From: the human T2T-CHM13v2.0 reference genome, Homo sapiens
Assembly: GCF_009914755.1 (NCBI RefSeq)
Contig: NC_060934.1
Direction: 5' to 3' (one strand)
Length of the DNA stretch: 64,000 nt
Numbering within the stretch: the first letter of the stretch is position 1; each line of letters starts with the position of its first letter. The position numbers and the translations under genes were made by a program. The notes below the pieces were generated by a model. That model had not been told where the DNA came from. It saw only the letters and a list, made by a program, of their open reading frames with translations, and did no database searches. This document shows, piece after piece, positions 25,875 through 40,007 of this stretch.

Positions 25875-26908
25875 TGTAATGGTTCATTTTATGTGTCAAC
25901 TGGGATGTATTAAATGGTACCTCGACTACCATTACAAAATGGTAAAGCATCATTTTGGGGTGTATCTGAGGATAATCCTGGAAGATACTGGCATTTGAAT
26001 TAATGATTAACTAAGGAAGTGCCACCATCACCACTATGGGAAGGCACAATCCTATTGGCTGAGGGCTCAGAAGATAGCAGAGGAAAGGTGAATTTGGTCT
26101 CTTTCTCTTTTATGGAGCTGGGACACCACTTTTTTCCTCCCCTTTGAAATGAGAGCCCCAATTTCAGTGGTCTTTGAACTCTAGGACATCTACAAGTGGC
26201 TCCCCGGGCTTCAAGCTTTCAGCTTCAGGCTGAAAGATAAAGTATTGGCTCTGCTGGCTCTCAAGGCTTCATATATGGACTGAGCCATGCTACTGGCTCC
26301 CTGCTTCTCCAGCTTGTAAATGGTATATGGTGCCTCCATATGCCTCCATAATTACATGAGCTAATGCTCCTGATAAATCCCCTCTCACATACACATACAT
26401 ACACACACACACACACACCAACACACAATTGGTTCCGTTTTTTAGGAGAACCCTAACTAATAGATTTTGGTAACAGGAGTGGTTCTAGAGGAACAGGAAT
26501 CTAAGTATAAGTTTTCTGTACTGGTTGATTGGTTGTGGGGTTTCTAGATTGTCTCCCTAAGATTAGACTTGAAAACACTGAGGACTATTTTCAGTAATAC
26601 AGAAAACAATGATAGTCCATGGCCTGAATTGTTTATAGAGATGTACAAGACATCTGCAATCATACTCTACTTAATGACCCATAGGAGGCAAGGAAATTGG
26701 TGACTCTACATGAGATACTTTTTCACATTAGTGGAAAAACTAAAGAATATAATTAGTTGGTTGGTGGCACCTAATGTTGCCAGACAGTGTTAAGGGAAAG
26801 ACAAGGATGAGCTCATGGGTGAAATTCCCAGATCAAGCAATGCATGGGTTTGTTGGGAAGGAGAATCTTACGTCCTGTAGCCACAGGGCTAAAATTGCTG
26901 AAAATCAA
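25875..26908 (+). mobile_element. MLT2 LTR (~25875-26462, with CA repeat) plus the start of ERVL-int
   Basis: tgtaatggttcattttatgtgtcaact start; gagaaccctaactaata end followed by gattttggta. Confidence 0.82.
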
Positions 26909-28003
26909 CACAAGTGACAAAAAAAAGCACAATGAAAGGAGAAAAAAAGACAGATAAATTGGACTTCATAAAAATTGAAACATCTTTGCGTGAAAAGAAA
27001 CTACAAAGAGAATCCGAAGGCAACCCACAGAATGAGGAAAATATTTGCAAGTCCTATTTCTGATTAAGCTGAATTTGACAGAATTACATAAAATAGTTTA
27101 TTGGATTACATACATGGGAAGGTCAAGACATTATTAGACTTAATTCCAAGTTGTCTTCAAAAACATCCTCCTTTTTTCTCTTGTATCTCTGCATTTTATA
27201 GCTTGCTTTTTGTCCCAGTATTTACATTGGTGGAAAATATGACCATGGGACAGTTCAAGACTCAAGGTCGTTAATACATGAGAGTTCTGTAGACCTTCCA
27301 ATATCCACTGGGTCGGGGGACTGAAAAGAACATTGATTGACACTGTTATGCTCTTTTATCTGCCTTTGGACCATCATATGTCCAAAGGTATAAGAAACTG
27401 GTTGTCTACCCTGGGTCAAAACTGCAATCCAGTATTGCTGAACTTTAAGGTTAGGTAACTACTGCCTTTCCCAGTGAAAAGCATTTCCACAAAGCACATA
27501 CAGGGAGCAAGAAAAAGTAACTTAAGTCAACTAGGAGACCCCATAAGAAAATGGTATTAGTACATATAATAGATGCAAGATGTTAGATAAACCTATCTTC
27601 TAAAGACAATTCTAACAATTCTGTATGTAAAACACTTTGTAAACACCAGTATCTGAATCATTGCACCACTTTCCTCGTGGAGGTTTAATGTCCCAGGCCT
27701 AGATTTAGCTGGGAATACAGCTATAGGTGGGGACATCAATTTATGATGGTGGTAAAACCACTGCTTCTAAGTATTCGTTATTCTTTTCCAAGTGTGATAT
27801 TGGCCCTTCAATTTCCCACAGTGGAGTCGAGTTTCAGATGTAACTTTTAGTAAGAATTTAAAGATAGTTTGGAGAATCACAGAGAACAAAACAGAAAATA
27901 ACTTAGAACTACCCAATGTGGCCATGCTCAGAGCTCAGTTTCATTTACTTCAAATATTTACTGCACATTGACTATGCATTAGGTGAGTGCAAAAGTAATC
28001 GTG

Positions 28004-28249
28004 ATTGAGCAATTGGACTTGGCAGCCTGTCTTGACACACCACTGTGCTGAGTGTTTGAGGAAGTGTTTCAACAGATGGCTGGGGTTAGTGTGTGTCATC
28101 ATATTTGAGCGAGGATTAAGAGAAGGCAGGCTGCTTTGCTGAAGCTATGTGGTCTTCAAGTGAGAGTTGCAGGCAATAGAACTACTTTCCTTTTGGAGTA
28201 AAAGGAGGAATTCATTTTCAGTAGCCACAAGAAAAGTTTTTTTTTTTTC
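28004..28249 (+). other. Non-L1 unique segment between the TSD and the L1 start; putative 5' transduction
   Basis: Lies between the Hsmar1 TIR breakpoint and the L1 5' end; not Hsmar1, and not L1 sequence I recognise. Confidence 0.7.
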
Positions 28250-31200
28250 CAGGGTGGCTGGCAAAATGGCCAAATAGTAACAGCTCCAGTCTGCAGCTCC
28301 CAGTAAGATCTACACACAAGGCGGGTGATTTCTGCATTTCCAACTGAGGTACGTGGCTCATCTCACTGGGACTTGTTAGACAGTGGGTACAGCCCACAGA
28401 GGGCAAGCAAGCAGGGTGGGGTGTTGCCTCAGCTGGGAAGTGCAAGGGGTCTGGGAACTCCCTCCCTTAGCCAAGGGAATCTGGTAGGGACTGTACCTTC
28501 AGGAATGGTGCATTCTGGCCCAGATACTACACTTTTCCCACCGTCTTTGCAACCCACAGACCAGGAGATTCCCTTGGGTGCCCAAGACACTAGGGCCCTG
28601 GGTTTCAAGCACAAAACTGGGCAGCCAATTGGGCAGACACTGAGCTAGCTGCAGTTTTTTTCATACCCCAGTGGTGTCTAGAATACCAGCGAGACTGAAC
28701 CGTTCACTCCCCTGGAAAGGGGGCTGAAGCCAGGGAGCTGAGTGGTCTAGCTCAGTGGATCCCACCCCCCAGAGCCCAGCAAGCTAAGATCCACTGGCTT
28801 GAAATTCCCACTGCCAACAACAGCAGTCTGAAGTCAACCTGGGATGCTCGACCTTGGTGGAGGAAGGGGCATCCACCATTACTGAGGCTTGAGTAGGCAG
28901 TTTTCCCCTCAGTGTAAAACAAAGCCACTGGGAAGTTCAAACTGGGCAGAGCCCACTACAGCTTGGCAAAGCCACTATAGCCAGACTGCCTCTCTAGATT
29001 CCTCCTCTCTGGGCAGGGCATCTCAGAGGCAGCAGCCCCAGTCAGGGGCTCATAGATAAAACTCCCATCTCTCTGGAGACAGAGAACCTGGGAAAAGGGG
29101 CTGCTATAGGTGCAGTTTCAGCAGACTTGAAAGTTCCTGCCTGCCGGCTCTGAAGAGAGCAGATCTCCCAGCACAGTGCTTGAGCTCTACTAAGGGTCAG
29201 ACTGCCTCAAATGGGTCCCTGACTCCCATGCCTCCTGACTGGGAGACACCTCCCAGCAGAGGCCAACAGACACCTCATACAGGAGAGCTCTGGCTGCCAT
29301 CTGGCAGGTGCCCCTTTGGGATGAAGCTTCCAGAGGAAGGAACAGGCAGCAATCTTCACTGTTCTGCAGCCTCTGCTGGTGATACCCAGGCAAACAGGGT
29401 CTGCAGTAGACCTCCAGCAGACCTGCAGCAGAGGGCCCTGACTGTTAGAAGGAAAACTGAAACAGAAAGGAATAGCATCAACAAAAAGGACGTCCACACA
29501 AAAACCCCATCCAAAAGTCACCAGCATTAAAGACCAAAGATAGATAAATCCACAAAGATGAGAAAAAAAACACAGCAAAAAGGCTGAAAATTCCATAAAC
29601 CAAAACACCTTTTCTCCTCCAAAGGAGCACAACTCCACACCAGCAAGTGAACAAAACTGGACAGAGAATGAGTTTGACGAATTGACAGAAGTAGTCTTCA
29701 GAAGGTGGCTAATAGCAAACTCCTCCAAGCAAAAGGAACACGTTCTAACCCAATTCAAGGAGGCTGAGAACCTTGAAAAAAGGTTAGAGGAATTGCTAAC
29801 TAGAACAAACGTTTAGGGAAGATCATAAATGACCTCATGGAGTTGAAAAACATAGCATGAGAACTTCGTGAAACATACACAAGTATCAATAGCTGAATTG
29901 ATCAAGCAGAAGAAAGGATATCAGATTGAAGATCAACTTAATGAAATAAAGTGTGAAGACAAGATTAGAGAAAAAAAGAATGAAAAGGAACAAAGCCTCC
30001 AAGAAATAGGGGATTATGTGAAAAGACCAAACCTACATTAGATTGGTGTACCTGAAAGTGACAGGCAGAATGGAAACAAGTTGGAAAACATCCTTCAGGA
30101 TATTATCCAGAAGAAGAGTCCCCAACCTAGCAAGACAGGCCAACATTCAAATTTAGGAAATACACAGAACACCACAAAGATACTCCCTCGAGAAGAACAA
30201 CCCTGAGACATAATCGTCAGATTCACCAAGGTTGAAACAAAGGAAAAAATGTTAAGGGCAGCCATAGAGAAAGGCCGTGTTACCCACAAAGGGAAGCCCA
30301 TCAGACTAACAGCTGATCTCTCTGCAGAAACCCTACAAGCCAGAAGAGAGTGGGGGCCAATATTCAACATTCTTAAAGAGTTTTCAACCCAGAATTTCAT
30401 ATCCAGCCAAACTAAACTTCATAAGTGAAGGAGAAATAAAATTGTTTACAGAGAAGCAAATGCTGAGAGATTTTGTCACTGCCAGGCCTACCTTACAAAA
30501 GCTCCTGAAGGAAGCACTAAATATGGAAAGGAAAAACCAGTACAAGCCACTGCAAAAACATACCAGATTGTAAAGACCACCAATAGTATGAAGAAACTGC
30601 ATCAACTAATGGGGAAAATAATGGGCTAGCATCATAATGACAGGATCAAATTCACACATAACAATATTAACCCTAAATGTAAACAGGCTAAATGCCCCAA
30701 TTGAAAGACAGAGACTGGCAAATTGGATAAAGAGTCAGACATATCAGTGTGCTGTAATCAGGAGACCCATCTCAAGTGCAAAGACATATATAGGCTCAAA
30801 ATAAAAGAGACGGAAGAATATTTACCAAGCGAATGGAAAGAAAAAAAAAAAGCAGGGGTTGCAATCATAGCCTCTGATAAAAGAGACTTTAAACCAATAA
30901 AAATCAAAAAAGAGACAAATAAGGGTATTACATAGTGGTAAAGGGATCAATGCAACAAGAACTAACTATCCTAAATATATATGCACCCAATACAGGAGCA
31001 CCCAGATTCATAAAAGAAGTTCTTAGAGACCTTCAAAGAGACTTAGACTCACACACAATAATAGTGGGAGACTTTAACACCCCACTGTCAATATTAAACA
31101 GATCAACAAGAGAGAAAATTAACAAGGATATTCAGGACTTTGAACTCAGCTCTGGACCAAGCAGACCTAATAGACATCTACAGAACTCTCTACCCCAAAT

Positions 31201-34200
31201 CAACAGAATATACATTCTTCTTAGTACCACATCATACTTATTCTAAAATTGACCACATAATTGGAAATAAAAGACTCCTCAGCAAATGTACAGGAATGGA
31301 AATCATAACAGTCTCTCAGACCACAGTGCAATCAAATTAGAACTCAGGATTAGGAAACTCCCTCAAAGCCACACAACTACATGGAAACTAAACAACCTGC
31401 TCCTGAATGACTACTGGGTAAATAACGAAATTAGGGCAGAAATAAATAAGTTCTTTGAAACCAATGAGAACGAAGACACAATGTACCAGAATCTCTGGGA
31501 CACAGCTAAAGCAATCTTTAGAGGCAAATTTATAGCACTAAATGACCACAGAAGCAGGAAAGATCTAAAATTGACACCCTAACATCACAATTCAAAGAAT
31601 TAGAGAAGAAGAAACAAATTTAAAAGCTAGCAGAAGACAAGAAATAAGATCAGAACAGAACTGAAGGAGACAGAGACATAAAAACCACACACACCCCCAA
31701 CCCCGCCAAAAAAAAAAAAAACAAACACACACACACACACAGACACAGAAAAAACAAAAACAAACAAAAAACAATGAATCCAGGAGCTGGTTTTTTGAAA
31801 AGATCAACAAATATACAACTAGCCAGACTAATAAAGAATCAAATAGATACAATAAAAAATGATAAAGGAGATATCACCATTGACCCCACAGAAATATAAA
31901 CTACTATCAGAGAATACTATAAACACCTCTATGCAAACTAGAAAATCTAGAAGAAATGGATAAATTTCTGGACACATATACCCTCCCAAGACCAAACAAG
32001 AAAGAAGTTGAACCCATGAAGAGACCGATAATAAGTTCTGAAACTGAGGCAGTAATAGCCTACCAACCAAAAAAAAGACCAGGACAAGACAGATTCACAG
32101 CCAAATTCTACCAGAGGAACAAAGAGGAGCTGGTACCATTCCTTCTGAAACTATTCTGAGCAGTGGAGAAAGAGGGACTCCTCCCTAACTCATTTTACGA
32201 TGCCAGCATCATCCTGATACCAAAACCTGGCAGAGACATGACAAAAAATTCAGGCCAATATCCCTGATGAACATCGATGCAAAAATCGTCAATAACACAC
32301 TGGCAAACCAATTTCAGCAGCACATCAAAAAGCGTATCCACCACAATCAAGTCGGCTTCATCCCTGGAATACAAGACTGGTTTAACATATGCAAATCAAT
32401 AAACATAATCCATCAAATAAACAACCAATGACAAAAACCACATTATTATCTCAATAGATGCAGAAAAGGCCTTCGATAAAATGCAATAGCGCTTCACGCT
32501 AAAAACTCTCAATAAACTAGGTATTGATGGAACATCTCAATAAGAGCTATTTATGACAAACCCACAGCCAATATCACACTGAATGGGCAAAAGCTGGAAG
32601 CATTCCTTTTGAAAACTGGCACAAGACAAGGATCCCCTCTCTCACCACTCCTATTCAACATAGTATTGGAAGTTCTGGCCAGGGCAATCAGGCAAGGGAA
32701 AGCAATAAAGGATATTCAAACAGGAAGAGAGGAAGTCAAATTATCTGTTTGCAACTGACACGATTGCATATTTTAAAAAGCCCATTGTCTCAGCCCAAAA
32801 TCTCCTTAAGCTGATGAATCAACTTTAGCAAAGTCTCAGGACACAAAATCAATGTGCAAAAATCACAAGCATTCTTATACACCAATAAAGGCAGAGCCAA
32901 ATCATGAGTGAACTCCCATTCACAATTGCTACAAAGGGAATAAAATACATAGGAATACATTTAAGAGGGATGTGAAGGACCTCTTCAAGGAGAATTACAA
33001 ACCACTGCTCAAGGAAATGAGAGGACACAAACAAATGGGAAAACATTCCATGCTCATGGATAGGAAGAATTAATATCATGAACATGTCCATACTGCCCAA
33101 AGTAATTTATAGATTCAGTGCTATCCCCATCAAGCTACCAATGACTTTCTTTGCAGAATTAGAAAAAACTACTGTAAATTTCATATGGAACCTAAAAAGA
33201 GCCTGTACAGCCAAGACAATCCTAAGCAAAAAGAACAAAGCTGGAGGCATCATGCTACCTGACTTCAAACTATGCAAGGCTACAGTAACCAAAACAGCAT
33301 GGTACTGGTATCAAAACATATATAGACTAAAAGAACAAGAACAGAGCCCTCAGAAATAACACCACACATCTACAACCATCTGATCTTTGACAAACCTGAC
33401 AAGAACAAGCAATGCTGAAAGGAATCCCTATTTAATAAATGGTGTTGGGAAAACTGGCTATATGCAGACAACAAACCGGACCCCTTCCTTACACCTTATA
33501 CAAAAATTAACTCAAGATGGATTAAAGACTTAAACGTAAGACCCAAAACCAGTAAAACTCTAGAAGAAAACCTAGGCAATACCATTCAGGAGATAGGCAT
33601 GGGCAAACACTTCATGACTAAAACACCAAAAGCGATGGCAACAAAAGCCAAAATTGACAAATAAGATCCAATTAAACTAAAGAGCTTCTGCACAGCCAGA
33701 GAAACTATCAGAGTGAACAGGCAACCCTGGGAGAAAATGTTTGTAATCTATCCATCTGACAAAGGGCTAATACCCAGAATCTACAAGGAACTTAAATTTA
33801 CAGACAAAAAAAAAAAAAATCAAAAAGTGGGCAAAGGATATGAACAGACATTTCTCAAAAGACTACATTTATGCAGTCAAACACGAAAAAAGCTCAACAT
33901 TACTCATTAGAGAAACGCAAATCAAAACCACAATGAGATACCATCTCATGCCAGTTAGAATGGCAATCATTAAAGTCAGGAAACAACAGATGCTGGAGAG
34001 AATGTGGAAAAATAAGAATGCTTTTACACTGTTGATGAGAGTGTATTAGTTCAACCATTGTGGAAGACAGTGTGACAATTCAACAAGGATCTAGAACCAG
34101 AAATACCATTTGACCTAGCAATCCCATTACTGGGTATATACCTGAAGGATTATAAATCATTCTACTAAGACAACACATGCACACATATGTTTATTGTGGC

Positions 34201-34635
34201 ACTATTCACAATAGCAAAGACTTGGAACCAACCCAAATGTCCATCAGTGATAGACTGGATAAAGAAAATGTGGCACATATACATCATGGAATACTATGCA
34301 GCCATAAAAAAGCATGAGTTCATGTCCTTTGTAGGGACATGGATGAAGCTGGAAACCATCATTCTGAGCAAACCATTGCAAGGACAGAAAAACCAAACAC
34401 CACATGTTCTCACTCATAGGTGGGAATTGAACAATGAGAACACTTGGACACAGGGTGGGGAACATCACACACCGGGGGCCTGTTGTGGGGTGGGGGGATG
34501 GGGAAGGGATAGCATTACGAGAAATACGTAACGTAGATGGATTGATGGGTGCAGCAAACCACCATGGCATGTGTATACCTATGTAACAAACCTGCACATT
34601 CTGCACACATATCCCAGAACTTAAAGAATAAAAAA
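28250..34635 (+). mobile_element. Full-length older L1 (L1PA7/8-like), heavily disrupted
   Basis: ggtggctggcaaaatggcc start; long 5'UTR; ORF1/ORF2 fragments; tatcccagaacttaaag 3' end. Confidence 0.92.
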
Positions 34636-37118
34636 AATTGTGGTTTTTGCATTGTTGGAATTTGCTGTTTGATACTAGAATACATTCTTAAATAAATGTG
34701 ATTATATTATGTATCATTTTAATGGGCATTTCTCACTTTATTTTGCTAGTGACTTATTACTTGCTGTTTATTTTATGTTTATTTTAGACTGGAAATTACA
34801 TTAGACAAAAAGCAAATTCGAGTGATTTTCTTATTCGAGTTCAAAATGATTTGTAAAGCAGCAGAAACACACAACAACAAAAACACACTTAGCCCAGGAA
34901 CTGCTGACTAATATACAGTGCAGTGGTCGTTCAAGAAGTTTTACAAAGACAAGAGCCTTGAAGATGATGTAGTGGCCGGCCATCGAAAGTTGACAACTAC
35001 AAATTGAAAGCAATCAAAGCTGATCCTCTTACAAGAAGTTGCCAAAGAACTCAACATCGATCATTCTACAGACGTTTAGCATTTGAAGCAAATTGGAAAG
35101 GTGAAATAAGTGGTACCTCATGAGCTGAGCAAAAAATCAAAAGAACCATGAAGTTTCATTTTCTCTTATCCTATGCAACAACAATGAACCATTGCATGAT
35201 TTGATTGTAACATGCAACAAAAAGTGAGTTTTATAAGACAACTGATGAGGATCAGCTCAATGGTTGGACCAAGAAGCCCCAAAGCACTTCCCAAAGCCAA
35301 ATTTGTACCAAAAAAGGTCATGGTCACTGTTTGGTGATCTGCTGCTGGTCTGATCCACTACAGCTTTCTGAATCCCAGCAAAATCACATCTGAGAAGTAT
35401 GCTCAGCAGATATATGAGATGCACTGAAAACTGCAATGCCTATAGCAGTCACTGGTCAACATAAATGGCCCAGTTTTTCTCCACAACGCCCAGTTGCACG
35501 TTGCACAACCAACACTTCAAAAATGGAAGGAATTGTGCTACAAAGTTTTGACTCATTCGCCATATTCACCTGACCTCTCACCAACCACCTACCACTTTTT
35601 GAAGCATCTGACAACTTTTTGCAGGGAAAATGCTTCCACAACCAGCTTGATACAGAAAATGCTTTCTGAGAGTTCATAGAATGCTGAAGCATGGATTTTT
35701 ATGTTATAGGAACAAACTTATTTCTCATTGGCAAAAATGTGTTGGTCGTAATCGTTCCTATTTCGATTAACAAAGATGTGTTTAATACTAGGGAGTTTTT
35801 CTCGGTGTGGTAGTTAGAGTTGGAAGAATCAAAATAATTATGAAAACACACCATGAAATAAGTGAATAAATCAAATAATTACTAACAATGACAATTCTTA
35901 AGAAACTGAAACAGAGGGTTGAGAAGGAGACAGATAATGGGGACTGGGAAGCTACGCTGAATAGAGTGACACAGGGATGAAGACCTCACTGAGAAGATGA
36001 GACTGAAGCTAAGAACAAAATGATGAGAGAGAGGGGGTGACATGGTGCTCTAGGGAACCTCTGCTCAGACAGGTACTATTCTTGGCGTGACTCAAGTACT
36101 TTCCTAAAGGAGAACTTGACAAGGACACGGTCATATTGTTGCGGGGGGAAGGGGAGTGAGTCTCAGGAGATTCGATTTGGAGCCAATGCCTCTGCTGGAC
36201 TTCTCCCGGGACGTGGGAGAAGTAAGCCAGAGACAGGAGATGAGACTTGGCAGTGTGATTTAGACTTGCGCATGCTCTTAACCATGACACCTGCTTCTGG
36301 TTCCAGAAATGTAGTGTTGCACTTAAATGTGCTCCCCTACCCGTTACACCTAAAAACAGTAAAAGTCTCTGAAATGTTGAGAAAAGAAGGCAGACTGTCT
36401 AGGGACCTAGACCCCAGGACTGAAGAGATGACTGGGCAGTAAGTCCTCTGGATCTTTTTGCCTCCTGTATATCCTGGACTGGGCACTGAGGAGGCTCATG
36501 ACCTAGAAACACCAGTGGGCACAGTCAGCAAAACAAAGCAAACAAAGGTGGAGAAACAGGATGAGGTGGCTGTCTCTGGGCAGGAGAGTCAAACATGGCT
36601 AATGAAAAATGTAAGATGGTGCAGCCACATTGAAAAACAGTGAGGCAGTTTAACAAGTTAAACATACACTTATTCTAGATCCCAGAAGTTCCATTCCTAG
36701 ACAACCACCCAAAAGAAAAATGTAGATTCACAGACTCCTACACAAATGTTCATTGTACCAATACTATTCATAATAGCCAAAAACTAGAAACAATCTAAAT
36801 TCCGTTCACTGGTGAATAGAGAAACAGAACGCGGTACATCCATACAATGGAACAAATACTTCTCAATAAGAAGGAGCAAACTATTGGTACAGGCAAGAAC
36901 AAAAATTAACCACAAATATTTTAATCAAGTAAAAGTCAAATATTTAAAAAATTATTGTTTGACTTGATTTTTATAAAATTTCTGGAAGAGGTGAAGCTTT
37001 ATAGACAGAAAGTAGGTTACAGGTTACTTAGAGCTGGTGTTGGGAGGAGAGATTGCCTGCAGATGGGCACAGAGAATTTTTTTGGGGTGATGAAAGTGTT
37101 TCAAAATGAGATTGTGGT

Positions 37119-37773
37119 TATAGGGCCAAAAAGGGAAATCTTACCTCTTTATCCTTTGAAATTTCACTGAAAATGAATGAACAAAAAAAAATTATGAGGA
37201 GCGAAAAGGCATATAAGTTTATTTTTATGTGTATAGAATGGAAGAATTGCAGAAGAATCATGACCTAATAACCCAGGTGAGGTCCAGGTGCTTATATACC
37301 TCACTTCATGGGAGAAGGGGAGGTGAGGAAATAGGCGGTATGGGAGTCAATGATTTTCAGGAGAGATGAATGGACCTGGGAGGCAAAGATCATCCTGTAG
37401 TCTATTTACTTTGGATGTTGGGAGCACAGAACAAATAACAATTTGGGACAAAGTTGGTTTAGGCTGTAAATGTTGGTGTTTAATTTTCAGTCTCTTCCTC
37501 TGTTACATAAGTTCTAATCCTCTTTGGTTAATGAAATTTCAGGGAGAGATTGAAAGCAATTGTGTTCCTCTTTGTGAGTCCAGTTTCTAGGTAAAGAAAC
37601 TTCAGAAAAGAGCCTAATCTTGCACTTCTTGGGAGACAAAGGGAGGAAAGGTGGGAGGAGGGGAGGGGTATGGTGGGGGAGACCCTGAGCCTGCTGTCTC
37701 AGTTCAGCCTGTCAAAGCTCCCTACCTTGGGGTATCATTTTCCACTTTGTAGTATGATTTTCTGAGCCTTAAC
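37119..37773 (-). mobile_element. ERV1 (MER4-group) solo LTR inside an old L1M 3' end
   Basis: Ends tttctgagccttaaca; flanking L1M 3'UTR sequence resumes on both sides. Confidence 0.6.
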
Positions 37774-38559
37774 ACAGGGATGATTGCAGAACTCTAGACA
37801 TTTGCTAAAACTCATAGAACTGTATGTTAAAAATTGGTGAGTTTCATGATATATAAATTACACTTCAATAAAGGCGCTGGCAAACAGCAGTAAGTATTGT
37901 TGTTGTTACTGTTCTGATAACCTCAGCATTTGTCTAACTTCCTGCGACATGAAAAACAGGAATGGAGACAATTTTAGGCAGGAGGAGCTGCACAGCAGAG
38001 TTCATTTGGTCTGGGGGATGGTGGGTAGGGGTGCCCTGGGGCTGAAGGCAGGAGGATCTGCTGTCTTTAGTGGGTTCTGAGTACTCCCTACTGCTCTCTT
38101 ACATGCTGGGTGTCTCCTCTTTTCCTACAGTTCACACACGTAGAACACCCAAGGCTAGGAAAGGAGAAAACTTGGGGTGCTGATGGCAGCAAGCTTTTCA
38201 GTATTAAAGGGAGCTGTGTTCTCTGAAGTTGGAGTGTCTTCAACTGTGGCTTATCCCCCCTTCAGCAAGCACAGGTCCCATGGCATAGATTCTGAGGAAG
38301 ACCTTGGTGAAGAATGCGCACTCCTAGCTCAGACCAAACTCTGCAACCTTAGCAAAGCTGGATATTTGATCTGTTGCATTCTTCTGATCATGTGTTACAA
38401 CCTACAAATGGTAGAGCCATTGGCACTCAAACACCTGATGTTTTTCCCTGGTGTAATCCATGCCCCAGAGACAGGAAATTCTCCCTTGGTCTTCCAGGCC
38501 ACAGTTTGGGAAGGTGTTTATCCCTGGGACCAGGGGCTTCAAAATTCAGCAATAATTAC

Positions 38560-38950
38560 TGATATGATTTGGATATTTGTGCACTCCAAATCCTATGCAG
38601 AAATGTAATCCCCAGTGCTGGAGGCAGGGCCTGGTGGGAGGTGATTGGATCATGGACTGGATCACTCATGAATGGTTCAGCACCACCCCCATGTGATTAG
38701 TTCTCGCTTTGAGTTCATGGGCACCTGGCTGTGTAAAGTGTGGCACCTGCCCCCTCACTCTCTTGTTCCCACTCTTGTGGTGTGAGACACAGGCTCCCCC
38801 CTTACCTTCCGCTGTCACTGTAAGCTCCCTGTGGCCCTCCCCAGAAGCAGATGCCAGCACCATGCTTCATGTCCAGACTGCAGACCATGAGCCAGTTGAA
38901 CCCCTTTTCTTTATTAATTACCCAGTCTCAGGTATTCTTTCATCATGATG
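38560..38950 (+). mobile_element. MSTB-like solo LTR
   Basis: tgatatgatttggatatttgt... start and typical MST body. Confidence 0.8.
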
Positions 38951-39112
38951 CAATTGCCCTATTACCATCACTCCCACATCCTAGTTTCAAGGAAGGCTGT
39001 TGTTTTAGTCCCAGCCCAAGCGAACATGTGAAAATATAGCCTCACAAAGTGAATATGGAACTCTTATTCTTATATGCCTGACTTAAAAAAATAGTGTAAA
39101 GTGAGGAGGAGC

Positions 39113-39123
39113 CAAGATGGCCG
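39113..39123 (+). promoter_or_regulatory. YY1 site of the L1HS 5'UTR promoter
   Basis: caagatggccg intact; the 5'UTR is CpG-rich. Confidence 0.85.
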
Positions 39124-39336
39124 AATAGGAACAGCTCCGGTCTACAGCTCCCAGCGTGAGCGACGCAGAAGACGGGTGATTTCTGCATTTCCATCTGAGG
39201 TACCGGGTTCATCTCACTAGGGAGTGCCAGACAGTGGGCGCAGGCCAGTGTGTGTGCGCACCGTGCGCGAGCCGAAGCAGGGCGAGGCATTGCCTCACCT
39301 GGGAAGCGCAAGGGGTCAGGGAGTTCCCTTTCCGAG

Positions 39337-39552
39337 TCAAAGAAAGGGGTGACGGACGCACCTGGAAAATCGGGTCACTCCCACCCGAATATTGCGCTTT
39401 TCAGACCGGCTTAAGAAACGGCGCACCACGAGACTATATCCCACACCTGGCTCAGAGGGTCCTACGCCCACGGAATCTCGCTGATTGCTAGCACAGCAGT
39501 CTGAGATCAAACTGCAAGGCGGCAACGAGGCTGGGGGAGGGGCGCCCGCCAT
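39337..39552 (-). CDS. L1 ORF0, 71 aa, intact
   Basis: MAGAPPPASLPPCSLISDCC...RCVRHPFL; CAT at 39550-39552. Confidence 0.88.
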   Translation of the reverse strand: MAGAPPPASLPPCSLISDCCASNQRDSVGVGPSEPGVGYSLVVRRFLSRSEKRNIRVGVTRFSRCVRHPFL

Positions 39553-40007
39553 TGCCCAGGCTTGCTTAGGTAAACAAAGCAGCCTGGAAGCTCGAACTGG
39601 GTGGAGCCCACCACAGCTCAAGGAGGCCTGCCTGCCTCTGTAGGCTCCACCTCTGGGGGTAGGGCACAGACAAACAAAAAGACAGCAGTAACCTCTGCAG
39701 ACTTAAGTGTCCCTGTCTGACAGCTTTGAAGAGAGCAGTGGTTCTCCCAGCACGCAGCTGGAGATCTGAGAACGGGCAGACTGCATCCTCAAGTGGGTCC
39801 CTGACCCCTGACCCCCGAGCAGCCTAACTGGGAGGCACCCCCCAGCAGGGGCACACTGACACCTCACACGGCAGGGTATTCCAACAGACCTGCAGCTGAG
39901 GGTCCTGTCTGTTAGAAGGAAAACTAACAACCAGAAAGGACATCTACACCGAAAACCCATCTGTACATCACCATCATCAAAGACCAAAAGTAGATAAAAC
40001 CACAAAG

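Larger units (their letters stand above)
27979..35785 (+). mobile_element. Hsmar1 mariner, split: left TIR 27979-28003 and body 34636-35785
   Basis: ttaggtgagtgcaaaagtaatcgtg resembles the TIR TTAGGTTGGTGCAAAAGTAATTGCG; body resumes aattgtggtttttgcattgttggaattt; decayed WVPHEL and YSPDLSPT motifs; TA at 35786-35787. Confidence 0.92.

Noticed and set aside
27140-27343. Minus-strand exon-like stretch after gttcttttcag
   Set aside because: No recognisable protein homology or partner exons
35494-35679. SETMAR-like gene or pseudogene
   Set aside because: Flanked by Hsmar1 TIR and TA remnants, with no SET domain or poly(A); a transposon copy
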